A stretch of 64,000 bases of DNA from Malacoraja senta (lineage: Eukaryota). Shown here piece after piece: positions 50,299 to 62,084 of this stretch. Position 1 is the stretch's first letter. Every line of letters begins with the position of its first letter. Location: NCBI GenBank assembly GCA_038087875.1, contig CM075979.1, forward strand, positions 5,270,001-5,334,000, given 5' to 3'. The notes below the pieces were generated by a model. That model was not told the origin of the DNA and ran no database searches. It saw only the letters and a program-made list of their open reading frames with translations. Made by a program: the position numbers and the translations under genes.

Positions 50299-50878
50299 AT
50301 AGGTCCTGGGTTTGGATATTCTGCATTAATTACTCATCTCCCTTCACCTGAAAGCATCCCTAATATCTCTACAGGGCACAATTGATTACCCTGTCATCAG
50401 CACGCTGTGACAGAAATATGTGCCATTCACAAAATTCGCTGCAGATGAATGCCTTGAGTATTCTGATAGCATCTCCAAACCCATGACATGAAAGATGGCA
50501 CCCAAGTCAGGCAACTCTCAGATCCCAGAGTGATCATTACGATCAAGTCGTCAAGTTTATTCGTCACATACACATACGAGATGTGCAGTGAAATGAAAAG
50601 TGGCAATGCTCGCGGACTTTGTGCAATAAACAAACAAACTACAAACAGAATGGAACAGAATCACATATTCTTTTACATATTACATATTGTGGGAGGAAGG
50701 AAAAAGGAAAAAAAAAACAGCAATTAAAAAAACCCAGTAGAATGGTACAGTAACTCCACACTTTTAAACCTGTCATTGTTGGCGGCTTGATTGTAATCAT
50801 GTGTCGTCTTTTATCAGTAATGGCATGTACATATGTGCTTTACAGTAGTAGTTTTGAATTGTAGAATGAAGAATATCA

Positions 50879-51258
50879 GGAGTTTGTACGTTCCCCCTGT
50901 GACCTACGTGGATTTTCTCTGAGATTGACATTAGACAAGAGACAATAGGTGCAGGAGTAGGCCATTTGGCCCTTCAAGCCAGCACCGCCATTCACTGTGA
51001 CCATGGCTGATCATCCACAATCAATACCCCGTTCCTGCCTTCTCCCCATATACCTTGACTCGACTATCTTTAAGAGCTCTATCTTTGGTTTCCTCCCACA
51101 CACCAAAGATGTACAGGTTTGTAGGTTAATTGGCTTGGTAAATTTGTAAATTGTCCCTAGTGTGTGTAGGACAGCGTTAGTGTATGGGTATCCCTGGTCG
51201 GTGCGGACTCTGTGGGCCGAAGAGCCTGTTTCCACACTCTATCTCCAAACTAAACTAA
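50879..51258 (+). mobile_element. HE1-like SINE fragment interrupted by an antisense CR1 3' tail (~50930-51082)
   Basis: SINE sequence resumes after the CR1 tail. Confidence 0.7.
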
Positions 51259-52084
51259 AATAAGGTGTTTCTTGATGGGAAATAAAATAATGGAACAGCA
51301 TAGATACATTCAAATGGAAAGTAGATAAGCACAAAAAGGGGGTAGGAACTGTGGGAGAAATGGGTGGAGGCTCATAATCATAGTCAGACAGTGCAGCACA
51401 TGTGAAGTTTAATTACTCCACCCCACAAGAGTGGAATGACTGGCTTCTGAATTGTAATTGCTCAATGGTTCAATGGTTTCTTTATTATCACCTCTACCAA
51501 GGTACAACAAAATAATTTTTTTGCATAAAGAACAGAAAGACTCTCAGCATACAGTCCCCCGGTTAGTACAGAATGTACAGACCAACCCAATGAGTATGCA
51601 AGAGTCACGATTTTGGCGCCATTTTGCAGTCGCAGCTGCAAAATAGTTGTATTAAGGAGAGTTGTAGCTGTCGCCTCCATTCCGATCGTCCCGCGAACTG
51701 TCGTCCCTCTCTTTGCATGGCCCACTTCAGCCCATGTTCCCTGGGGGGCACCTCCCGCAGCCAACCTTGAGGGCATGGAAGGTCAGAACCCCCCCTCCCA
51801 GTTCTTCTTACCGGGCCTTTTGTCCAAAATTTGTCACCTTCTCCCTCCATCCTCCTCTCCAATTCTCCGTCTTCAGGGGGTGCACCTTCCTTCTCCAGGC
51901 TATGCATCATATTGCATAAATTACGCATAAATTATAAGTGATTTGGGATTTCTTTATTTTTAACCCTGGTATAGCAGAGGCTGGTTTCCAATTGTATTGG
52001 TCCATCTAATCATTGGATCTAGACCTTGCTCTCGTGTTCAACAGCTAATCCACGTTAAAGGAAACCACAGAGACCCAATCAGAT

Positions 52085-52860
52085 CCCTTCAACTAACACT
52101 CTCTTCCGCTTGGTGGAACTTGCCTGCACCCTCAACAACCTCTCTTTTGACCGCCCTCACTACCCTCTTCCTACACCTCATCCACCCTCTCCTGCGAGGA
52201 TGACATCCCTTACTATCAATTTCTCCATCTCTGCCGCATCTGCTCCCAAGATGAGGATTTCCACTAGGACACCTGAGATGTCCTCTTTCTTCATAAATGT
52301 GGTTTCACTCTCTGCTATTGTTGATGAATTCCATATCTGTGTCCCCTCTCTGCTCAGTGTCCTGCAGTTCTGCTCTTACTCCCCCTCCTGCAGCTGGGAC
52401 AAGGATAGAGTTCTCCTGGTCCTTACCTTTTACCCCACCAGCTTCTGCAACCTGCACATCATTCTCCGACATTTCCGCCACCTTCAAAATGATTGCACCA
52501 TCAGTCCTTCAATCTCCCTGGTCCTGTCCGGCAGAAGGTACAGAAGTTTGAAAACGGGCACCACCAGACTCAGGAACAGCTTCTTCTCCTCTGTCATTCG
52601 GCTTCTGAAAGGTCCTTCCATAAGATCGGGTCATGTCCGATTCACCTCTATCCCAATGTGGACTTTGGACTGTCTATGGAACTGGTGCGCTACAATGCTG
52701 ATGAACATATATCCTGCACTCTGCATCGTGCTCTTTTCTCTAACTATTACAGTTGAATTTGATTTGATTGTATTTCTGTATCGTGTTATCTGATTCATTT
52801 TGATAGAATGCAAAACAGAGGTTTTCACTGTACTTCGGTAAACGATACATAATAAACTAA
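52085..52860 (+). mobile_element. Degenerate Penelope-like RT fragment followed by Rex1-like 3' end
   Basis: LVELACTLNNLSFD, DRV.LVLTFYP..ILRHFRHLQND; then SGRRYRSLKT.TTRLRNSFF. Confidence 0.7.
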
Positions 52861-53224
52861 AACCTATGGAGTCTCGTGCAGGGACCTATTTCAGGTCTCT
52901 AAGTCCTCTTTCAGATCCTCATTCATCCCCATACTGTGTGTGACGTCATCTCCACCTTTCAGCGAGTGTTTGTCTTCGCAACCTTCTCGGTTCCCTCTTC
53001 AAACTGCCAACCACCAATCTGCTAAATAATGCCATCCCAACCATCTGATCTGTGCATGTGATCAACCATCTTCCATTCTACCAACCCATTATCCCCTAAA
53101 TGAAATCATGAGCCAAAAACAAGAACTCAGCGGGTCAGGCTGTCTCTGGTCGAGACCCGAGACGTCACCAATTCCTTCTCTCCATAGATGTCTCCCGTTG
53201 AATTACTCCAGCATTTTGTGTCTA

Positions 53225-54068
53225 AAAAGGTGAATTTATTATGGGGAACAAGGAAATGGCAGATGAGTTGAACAGGTACTTTGGATCTGTCTTCACTAAG
53301 GAGAACACAAACAATCTTCCTGATATAGTAGTGGCAAGAGGATCTGGGGTGACGGAGGAACTGAAGGAAATCCATATTAGGCAGGAAATGGTGTTGGATA
53401 GACTGATGGGACTGAAGGCTGATAAATCCCCAGGGCCTGATGGTCTGCATCCCAGGGTACTTAAGGAAGTGGCTCTAGAAATCGTGGATGCATTGGTGAT
53501 AATTTCCCAATGTTCTATAGACTCAGGTTCAGTTCCTGTGGATTGGATGGTAGCTAATGTTATCCCACTTATTAAGAAAGGCAGGAGAGAGAAAACAGGG
53601 AATTATAGACCAGTTAGCCTGACATCGGTGGTGGGGAAGATGCAGGAGTCAATTATAAAAGATGAGATAGCCGAACATTTGGATAGCAGTAACAGGATCG
53701 GTATGAGTCAGCATGGATTTACGAAGGGGAAATCATGCTTGACTAATCTTCTGGAATTTTTTGAAGATGTAACTAGGAAAATGGACAAGGGAGAGCCAGT
53801 GGATGTAGTGTACCTGGACTTTTAGAAAGCATTTGATAATGTCCCACATAGGAGATTAGCGGGCAAAATTAGGGCACATGGTATTGGGGGTAGAGTGCTG
53901 ACATGGATAGAGAAGTGGTTGGCCGACAGGAAACAAAGAGGAGGGATTAACGGGTCCCTTTCAGAATGGCAGACAGTGACTAGTGGGGGACAGTGACTAG
54001 CAAGGCTCGGTGCTGGGACCGCAGCTATTTACAATATACATCAATGATTTGGATGAAGGGATTCAAAG
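53225..54068 (+). mobile_element. CR1 LINE RT fragment (young)
   Basis: 194-aa ORF with [36 protein letters not shown]. Confidence 0.92.
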
Positions 54069-54838
54069 TAAGCTGGAAGAGAGGTGGGGGTGGATCCAAG
54101 CCAGCCAAGTGAAAGGTGGATACAGCTTTCTTCCTCCCACACCCACAATCAATCTGAAGAAGGGTCCCGACCCGAAACGTCACCTATCCATGTTCTCTGG
54201 AGATGCTGCCTGAGCTGCTGAGTTACGCCAGCACATGTGCATTTTTAAGGGACAATTTTTAAGGGATCTTTTCAAGGGATGAGTTACTGCAGCACTTTGT
54301 GTCTTTTTGGGAAGGGTTTAGTGGGGGGGGGGGGGGATAGTGGGAGAAATGGGTGCACATCCAGGTGGGGCACGGGGGGGGGGGAGGGGGGAGAGAGTAT
54401 CTGTTTGAGGGACGTTTAGGTTCACACTGAGCACAAGTATTTCCAGTATTCTCGGGATATGAAGAAGGGTCCCTACTCGAAGTGTCACCTGTCCATGTTG
54501 TTCAGAGATGCTGCCTGACCTGCTGAGTTACTCCAGCACTCTGTGAAATGTCATCTATCCAGGTTCGATACCAAACGCCGGAGTAACTCAGCGGGCCCGG
54601 CAGCATCTATGGACACCCTTCTTTAAACGTCTCGACCCGAAACGTCACCCATTCCTTCTCTCCAGAGATGCTGCCTGTGCCGCTGAGCTACTCCAGCGTT
54701 TAATGTCTATCTTTGGTATAAACCAGCATCTGCGGGTACTTTTCCTTGCATTATATTTGCAGCATCTATTGCCTTCCAGCGCCCCGCTGTGCTTTGCCTT
54801 TGCTCCCAGTGTTGCGTAAGGTGTGACAGGGTTGTCTG

Positions 54839-54949
54839 CCAATCAGGGCGGGGAGATCGCTGGGAGGCGACACCCTTTCTGGCGCTGCCGTGTGAAGCGC
54901 TCTTCCTCCCGTGTATCAAAGTCCATTGCCGAGAGAGTGCGAGCGAGGT
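54839..54949 (+). promoter_or_regulatory. Candidate promoter / non-coding first exon of the LDH-like gene
   Basis: CCAAT (54839-54843) next to a GGGCGGGG GC box (54846-54853) in a locally CpG-rich patch, followed by GAG|GTAGGA donor at 54948. Confidence 0.45.
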
Positions 54950-55557
54950 AGGACTGAACCTTGGATGCAGCTTTGGGAATAGTTTTGAAGGGGGAACCGA
55001 GAAGGTTGCGAAGACAAACACTCGCTGAAAGGTGGAGAGGACGTCGTCAAAACAGGTCAGATCTGTATTTCTAAACTAGACTAAACTGCAATATGTTGAA
55101 GATAGACACAAAATGCCAGAGTAACTCGGTGGAACAGGCAGCATCTCCGGATAGAAGGAATAGGTGACGTTTCGGGTCGAGACCCTTCTTTAGACTGAGA
55201 GTCAGGGGAGAGGTTTTGGGGGGGGGGGGGGGTTGGGGGCACAGAGATAAGGAAGGGTAGGGAATGAAAACGAGACATCAAAGGGATGCGGCTCAAAGAA
55301 AATGCTTAATAACATATTGCATGTAGAAACAAGGAACTGCAGATAATAATAATAATAATACATTTTATTTATTGTTGGTTTATACCAAAAATAGACACAA
55401 GTGCTGGTCGGATGATGGTTTAGTTCACAACTGTGGCAGTGAAATATGTTCTGCTGAGTCAGGGATGAAGTTGGTCTGGCCTTCAGTTCAGAGTTCACTG
55501 CTGCTGCAAGATCAGAGGCCAAGCATCAAGTGTAAAATCAAATCAAGATTAGTTTGA

Positions 55558-55773
55558 TATCATACACTAGCACTATCCTACACAATTTATAATTTACAGA
55601 GTCAATTAACCCACAAACCTGTACATCTTTGGAGTGTGGAAGGAAACCGGAGCACCCGGAGAAAACCCACGCGGTCACAGGGAGAACGTACTAATTCCGT
55701 ACAGACAGCACCCGTAGTCAGGATCTAACCCAGGTCTCTGGTGTTGCAAGACTACCGCTGTATCACGGTGCGG
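55558..55773 (-). mobile_element. HE1-like SINE
   Basis: Reverse complement of family consensus. Confidence 0.78.
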
Positions 55774-56253
55774 TCAGAAAGCATTTTCAATGTAATAAAA
55801 AGGAACTGCAGGTACCAGTTTAGAAACATAGTAACATAGAAAATAGGTGCAGGAGGAGGCCGTTCGGCCCTTCGAGCCAGCACCGCCATTCATTGTGATC
55901 ATGGCTGATCGTCCCGTTTATACCGAAGATAGGCACAAAGTGCTGGAGTAACTCAGCGGGTCAGGCAGCATCTCTGGAGAAAGCAGATGGGTGACATTTC
56001 GGGTCGGGACCCTTATTGAAGAAACGAAACGTCACCTGTCCATGTTCTCCTTGACCCGCTGAGTTTCTCCATGCAAAAATAAAATGGAAATATTAACATC
56101 ACACTTGAGGCACAGATTCAGAAAATACTTTGTTGCCAATTGTCACTATTTTTAAAAATAACTTTGCTCATTTTATTTGCACCATATGAGTCAATGTCTT
56201 TTTCTCCTTTTTAGATTTCTGATCTTTTGTAGTTGACAGCACAATTAAAGACG

Positions 56254-56379
56254 ATGAGTATACAAGATGATCTGTTCAAAGTGATAGTCCCACCAGTGTC
56301 TTTCAAACCTTCTTCAAAGGTCTCAATAGTGGGCGTTGGGGAAGTTGGCATGGCATGTGCTGTTGTCATTGCACAGAAG
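56254..56379 (+). CDS. LDH-like first coding exon (N-terminal arm + GxGxxG)
   Basis: ACGATGA start, AAG|GTAACA donor, 126 nt; upstream acceptors at 56214 or 56232. Confidence 0.92.
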
Positions 56380-59300
56380 GTAACATATAACATTCAGTAT
56401 TGAGTGTACTCGTTTTAATTTTTTATCTATTTTTGTTAAAGATTCAGACATAATAAACAAATTAATGAACTAGCAAAGTGTATTTATATTTCACCTTTCT
56501 GAACCATATTTATTGAAATTAGTCAGGAAACAACTAATCCTATTAGTGTCAGAACCTGAACTACTATCCTGCAGTCCTGAAATACTAACTTTGACCAGAC
56601 TTTATTGGCTTTATCTTGCACTAAACTTTATTCCCTTAGCGTGTATCGGTACACTGTGAATTGCTCGATTGCAACCATGTATTGTCTTTCTGCTGGCTGG
56701 TTAGCACACAACAAAAGCTTTTCACTATACCTCGGTACACGTGACAGTAAACTAAACTGAATTGAACTGAGAACCTAGGAGGACTCAAAATGACAATCAC
56801 TCAGCTTTTCAAAATAGACTCAAGCGTAATTACTTTGACAGGAGCTACCTAGGAATTCCAGATGCGTAGATATTGAAGAGGGGTGCAGATTCATCTCTGA
56901 TATGAAACATACTTCAACATTGTGTTGGAAGGAACTGCAGATGCTGGTTTACACTGATGATAGACCCAAGATGCTGGAGTAACTCAGCGGGTTAGGCAGC
57001 ATCTCTGGAGAAAAGGAATAGGTGATGTTTCGGGTCGAGAACCTTCTTCAGACTGAGAGTCAGGGGAGAGGGAGGGGGAAACTAGACTACCTCTAGTTTC
57101 ATTCTTACCTGACTGTCAGTCTAAAGAAGGGTCTCGACCCGAAGCATCACCTGATGCTGCCTGACCTGCTGAGTAACTCCATTCAGCAACATTGGTTGTC
57201 CCAATGCTCACAAAGGCCTTGAGACGAACTAACTTTCTTGACGACTATATAAGCATTTGAAGTATTCTTACAGTGTTGCCTCAGCCATGTCAGAATATAT
57301 TAGTCAATTTGCACATAACATACTCCCACTGACAGCGCTGGGATAATAGGTAAATAATTTGTTTCAATGGCCTGGGCTGAGGGACATTACTGCCTATTAA
57401 ATAGATGTTAATGCCAAATAAAAGGATTTAAGAGACAGGGATTCCTGGTTACAAAAACCTTAATTTTGATATGTTCAGATAATATGGCTTTTGCCATTGA
57501 GAAATATTGCGCTTTGGTTGTCAATTGGCTGAAGCAATATTCTTAGCAAGGTTTTTGCAGATGGGTACATTTTGAACACGGTAGCAAATTTGACTCTTGC
57601 CTCAGAATCTCGGTTTCGATGGTAAAATTATCTCTGACATTGTTAACTAAAACCTTGATAGCAGCTTCTAGCTTCTGTTCTTGCACAGTTAAATACAGAA
57701 TGAAAACAACTTTCATTTACATGGCACCTTTAACGCAGCAGTGATGGTCTTTGGCACTGGCCCGTATGTGTCAAAGATGGATGCCAACTGTTGGTGTCTG
57801 GACCAGCGATTGGGCATTCTTGATGAAAGGAAAATGTAAATATCTGATCACTTAGAATCACCTCAACAATACACTTCTGACATGGAAACATCACAAAGAC
57901 AAGTCTAAATCCAGTGTTTTCCATTTATTCCCTTTTACAGAGTTTAGCCGACGAGTTGGTCCTTGTCGATAGGCGGGCAGACAAACTTAAGGGGGAATCA
58001 ATGGATTTGATGCATGGTAGTCTGTTTATGAAATGCAGAATAAAAGCCGATACAGGTTTGTGATGGGTCATGGGATTTATTGTGATATAATTCTGTTCAA
58101 TATTTGAAGAAACATTAGATTTTAAGCTTGTCTTTGTCCATCTACCTATTTATTGTCTATCTGTATTTCTGACTGCCATCATAAGTTATGTACAATGGAA
58201 ATAGTGTAATCTTCAGGCAATAATATATAGTATTAAATATATGTTAAATATTATTGTATATATTAAATATATGTTAAATATTATTTTTAGAATACAATAT
58301 GTTCTGCCAGAGAAGGAATCAGATACTATATTATCAATAATATTATATGCTAAATATATATATTTATGAGGAAGTTGCCAGGACCCAAAGGCCTGAGTTA
58401 TAGGAAGAGCTTGAGCAGACTACGACTTTATTCCTTTGAGCACAGGAAGATGAGGGGTGATCTTAAAGAGGTGTGTTAGATCACGAGTGGAATAGATAGG
58501 GTAAATGCACAGTCTTTTACCCAGAATAGGGGAATCAAGAACCAGAGGACATGGGTTTAAGGTGAGGGGGATAGGGAGGTAGATTTAATAGGAACCTGAG
58601 GGGCACCTTTTTCACACAAAGGGTGGTAGGTATATGGAACGAGCTGCCAGCGTAGCTAATTGAGGCAGGAACTAACACAACACTTTAAAAATATGGATAT
58701 AATAGATTTAGAGGGATATGGGCCAAATGCAGGCAGGTGTGCCAAGTGTAGTTGGGGCATGTTGGTCGGTGTGGGCCAGTTGGGCCAAAGGGCCTGTTTC
58801 TAGGCTGTCTGACTCGATGACTCTCACAAATGCTCATTTCAGTTTGTTCCATGAGCTCCCATGCTTATTAAATAGAGTGATACAGCACAGAAAATGACCA
58901 ACTCGTCCATACTGACCAAAATGCCAACCTGAGCTAGTCACTTTAACCTGTGTTTGGCCCTCATCCCTCTCGATCTTTCCTTTCCATATACCTGTCCAAA
59001 TGCTTTTAAATGGTGTAATAGTTTCCACTTCTACCATTTCCTCTGGGAGCTAGTTCTGTGTACACACCACCTTCTGTATGGAAAACCTGCTCCTCAGGTT
59101 CCCTTTAAATCTTTACCTTCTCACCTTTAACTTATTGCCCATAGCTTCAGTTTATCCTACCTTGAGAAAAAGACTGTGACCATCCACCTTTTCTTTGCCC
59201 TTTTTGATATTATAAACCTTTTCTTTACTCCAGGGAAAATGGTGTCTGCTTATCTCTTTAAGGAGTTCCTGCTTATAACTCGAGTCCTGGAGTCCAGGTA

Positions 59301-61751
59301 ACATCCTTGTGAAATGTTACTGCACTCTCATATCCTCCCTATAATTTGACGACCAGAATTGCACACAATACTTCAAGTGCAGTCTCGCCAACGTCTTGTA
59401 CAACTGTAACATGATGTCCCACCTCTTATGCTCAATGCCAATGAAGCGAAGCATAACATATTCTTTCTTCACCATCCTGTCTATACCGGGCTTTGTAATA
59501 TAGTTCCAATCTAATAATAATCTCCCTCTGTCCCAGAATTCCAGTATGAGCAAGAGATGCCATTCCTTCCTCGAGACTAACTCAGTGGCATAAGCCTCCT
59601 GCCACTCAGTAGCACTAAAATATCTTGGTGGTAACTGGATTGGTGACAGCAGAGATTATCTGCCTTCATAAAGTCGTTGCAGCAAGCAGCACGGGAAGGG
59701 ACTTGTGAATGGGTGGGCAGAAAGCTGCTTGTTCAGTGAGCAATAAGCAGCTCTGGCAGTGAAGCCATCTTCCAACTAGTGGTAAATGCCGGCAGCAAAT
59801 ACTTGTCAGTGAAGAAGGTTGACTCTCTGAATTGACTGACTGGAAGATACGCCCCACTGAGCCCACACTGACCATCGATCACCCTATTACACTAGTTATC
59901 TGTTATTCTGCAGTTGTACAGAGCCCTAGTGAGACCACACCTGGAGTATTGTGTACAGTTTTGGTCCCCTAATTTGAGGAAGGACATTCTTGCTATTGAG
60001 GGAGTGCAGCGTAGGTTTACATGGTTAATTCCCGGGATGGCGGGACTGTCATATGCTGAGAGAATGGAGCAGCTGGGCTTGTACACTCTGGAGTTTAGAA
60101 GGATGAGAGGGAATCTCATTGAAACATATAAGATTGTTAAGGGTTTGGACACGCTAGAGGCAGGAAATGTGTTCCCGATGTTGGGAGAGTCCAGAACCAG
60201 GGGCCACAGTTTAAGAATAAGGAGTAAGCCATTTAGAACGGAGACGAGGAAACACTTTTTCTCACAGAGAGTGGTAAGTATGTTGAATTCTCTGTCTCAG
60301 AGGGCAGTGGAGGCGGGTTCTCTGGATGCTTTCAAGAGAGAGCTAGATAGGGCTCTTAAAAATAGCAGAGTCAGGGGATATGGGGAGAAGGCAGGAATGG
60401 AGTACTGATTGGGGATGATCAGCCAAGATCACATTGAATGGCGGTGGTGCTGGCTCAAAGGGCCGAATGGCCTACTCCTGCACCTATTGTCTATTGTCTA
60501 TTGTTATTCCACTTCCTCATCCACTCGCTACACACTAGGGGCAATTTTCCAGAGGCCAATTAATCTACAAACCTGCAAGTACTTGGGATGTGGGAGGAAA
60601 CCAGAGCACCCAAAGGAAACTCACTGGAAGAACATGCTAAACTCCACACAGAAAGTGTCTGAGGCTGGGATCAAACCCAGGTCCAGTCAATGGGCTTGCA
60701 TCTCCCCACTAAACAGGAGTCACTTTCACCCATATACGATAGATCAGGATATAAGCCATTCAGAAGCATCTCTGCACTGGATACGTTCTGCACTGCTTTA
60801 ATGCTTTTGCTGACTTACTAAAGTAGAGGGAAGAAATTGAATTCCTGTTTGAACGACCAAAGCTTTTTAAAAGTAACACTTCCAAAAGCTTGAAGAGCTA
60901 CCGAAGAGCTTGCTGATTGTTTCATAAGACCGTGACTGATTTGTTTTTTAAAAACTTGAAAACAGGTTGTGTCAACTCATCAACATTTTTTCTCTTGAAT
61001 TCAGCAGTTCTTAGAACTTTGGATAACATTACCCAATATGACTTTCAGTTTTTTTTAGTTCAGAGTTACGGCGCGGAAACAAGCCCTTCGGCCCACCGAC
61101 TCCGCACTGACCAGTGATCCACACACATGAACACAATAACACACCGGGGACAATTTACATTTCTGCCGAGCCAATAGACCTACAAACCTGTAGGTCTTTG
61201 GGGTGTGGGAGGAATCCGAAGATCTCGGAGAATACCCACACAGGTCACGGGGAGAACGTACAAACTCCATAAAGATAGCACCCATAGTCAGGATTGATCA
61301 CGGGTCTCTGGCGCTGGAGGCAGCAACTCTACCGCTGCACCACCGTGCCGCCTGGATTCTCACTCCTTGTTCTTAAATGAGTGAAATTCTATGTGGGTTT
61401 TAATGAATGGTGTCAGATACTGTGCAGATTGGCAGTGCTGAGGAATTATGTTATAATAGAAAAAAGGGAGTAAAGTGTTTGCTGAGTCCAAGTCTGGTTG
61501 CATTGCTTGCATTTAAAATACCTACCTTTCATATTTAACTGATTGATGTTTTTCTTTCCCCAATTACCATTCTACAGATTTTAAAGTTACACAAGATTCT
61601 AAGATTTGCATTGTCTGTGCTGGTGTGCGGATGAAAGGACAAAAAACAGATGCAAATCAGCTAAAGGGCAACGTTGCTCTCTACAAGGAGATAATCCCTC
61701 AATTGGCTAAGCACAATCCATCTGCCGTTTTGCTGATCGTCTCTCAGCCAG
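56254..61751 (+). CDS. L-lactate dehydrogenase-family protein (divergent LDH paralog), 5' part: 3 coding exons, gene continues beyond window
   Basis: Spliced 415 nt: [138 protein letters not shown]. Rossmann GxGxxG, ADEL.LVD, KLKGE.MDL.HGSLF; exon sizes 126/115/174 and phases match vertebrate LDH (126/118/174). Confidence 0.92.
56920..57180. mobile_element. Penelope-associated inverted pseudo-LTR pair
   Basis: Inverted arms with hammerhead-like cores. Confidence 0.75.
57941..58055 (+). CDS. LDH-like second coding exon
   Basis: ccttttacag acceptor, G|GTTTG donor, 115 nt. Confidence 0.92.
58365..59485. mobile_element. Two CR1 3' fragments in tail-to-tail orientation (58365-58822 +, 58870-59485 -)
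   Basis: CR1 3' motifs on both strands. Confidence 0.75.
59905..60502 (+). mobile_element. CR1 LINE 3' portion (young)
   Basis: 164-aa ORF nearly identical to the 19523-20140 copy; (ctattgt)n tail. Confidence 0.92.
61055..61331 (-). mobile_element. HE1-like SINE
   Basis: Reverse complement of family consensus. Confidence 0.85.
61578..61751 (+). CDS. LDH-like third coding exon (active-site loop)
   Basis: tctacag acceptor, G|GTAAAA donor, 174 nt, open frame. Confidence 0.92.
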
Positions 61752-62084
61752 GTAAAAGATGATCGATTGGCGATTACTGTGAACGTCTTCACTTTCATCC
61801 GTGAATCCAATTTTCTTTTATAATTCTTCTTGGGGTAATGGACGTCACTGATATTTATTGTAGATCCCTCGTTACGTCCCGAGTGGCCTGTCTGCCTATT
61901 TCACAGGACAGATATACGAGTCAAATGCCGTTGTGTCTGGTGAACTTGCAGGCCAGAGTTGCTAAGGACAGCAGTTTTCCATCTTCAAAGGACATGTGTG
62001 AATTTTCTCGGTCTCTATGACAATCCAGTAGTTTCAATATCTTGGAGTACAGAGGCAAACTTTTAGGTCACTGGACTACCTAAC

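Larger units (their letters stand above)
52942..55045. repeat. Inverted pair of ~65-bp sequences (52942-53005 and 54981-55045)
   Basis: GACGTC(A/C)TCTCCACCTTTCAGCGAGTGTTTGTCTTCGCAACCTTCTCGGTTCCC(T/C)CTTCAAA(A)CT, 2 substitutions + 1 indel. Confidence 0.9.

Noticed and set aside
51605-51930. Overlapping ~105-aa ORFs and a YY1-like CGCCATTTT motif
   Set aside because: No recognisable protein or splice structure; a single motif is insufficient evidence.
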